DNA from: the human T2T-CHM13v2.0 reference genome, Homo sapiens
DNA: 64,000 nt
Reading direction: 5' to 3' (one strand)
NCBI RefSeq assembly: GCF_009914755.1
Contig: NC_060925.1
Shown piece by piece: positions 63,801-64,000 of this stretch (its first letter is position 1; each line of letters opens with the position of its first letter). Position numbers and translations under genes: made by a program. The notes below the pieces were generated by a model. The model was not told the DNA's origin, searched no databases, and worked only from the letters and a program-made list of their open reading frames with translations.

Positions 63801-63889
63801 ACCTTGGAAGAGCAGAGGAGAAAACGGTCTCTGCCCACAGAGTGATCTGGGGAGTGGAGGGTTGGGGGGCGGGGGTATCTTCCTTATCT

Positions 63890-64000
63890 GTTTAGCACAT
63901 ATAGCGCTTACTGCGTGCCAGGTACTTTACAAATGTTAACTCATTTAATTCTCAGGACAACCCCACAGACCCCGTTTTACAGCGGAGGACGCAGAGGCAC
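63890..64000 (-). mobile_element. MIR fragment
   Basis: agcgcttactgcgtgccaggtactttac...actcatttaattctca...cccgttttacagcggagga; CpGs retained. Confidence 0.75.

Noticed and set aside
63359-63895. 178-aa ORF in the CpG-rich segment
   Set aside because: Pro/Gly/Arg-rich composition expected from GC content; overlapping ORFs on both strands and no domain

Overview
Primate (most likely human) genomic DNA, repeat-rich, with no intact protein-coding gene that I can recognise; I could not name the locus. Much of the window is interspersed repeat: about 25 Alus (J, S and Y subfamilies), MIRs, L2, old L1M and L1PA fragments, many solo LTRs (MaLR, ERVL, ERV1, one HML-5-type LTR22) and DNA transposons (Tigger2-type, MER33, MER58). 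Subfamily names come from my recall of the consensus sequences, not from a search. Most ORFs in the track are Alu, L1, simple-repeat or chance GC-rich frames. Four non-repeat signals stand out. (1) A compact striated-muscle-type promoter on the + strand at ~26.4-27.1 kb (MEF2, M-CAT, TATA, GATA, CAGCTG E-boxes). (2) A series of minus-strand exon-like segments (33.1, 15.2-14.5, 13.3, 3.7, 2.0 and 0.25 kb) with good splice sites but broken reading frames. One encodes a frameshifted C-x8-C-x5-C-x3-H zinc finger, suggesting an eroded intron-containing pseudogene. (3) A CpG-enriched CTCF-type site at ~16.1 kb. (4) A CpG-island-like segment at the right end. The pseudogene and promoter interpretations are inferences that need alignment and expression data.
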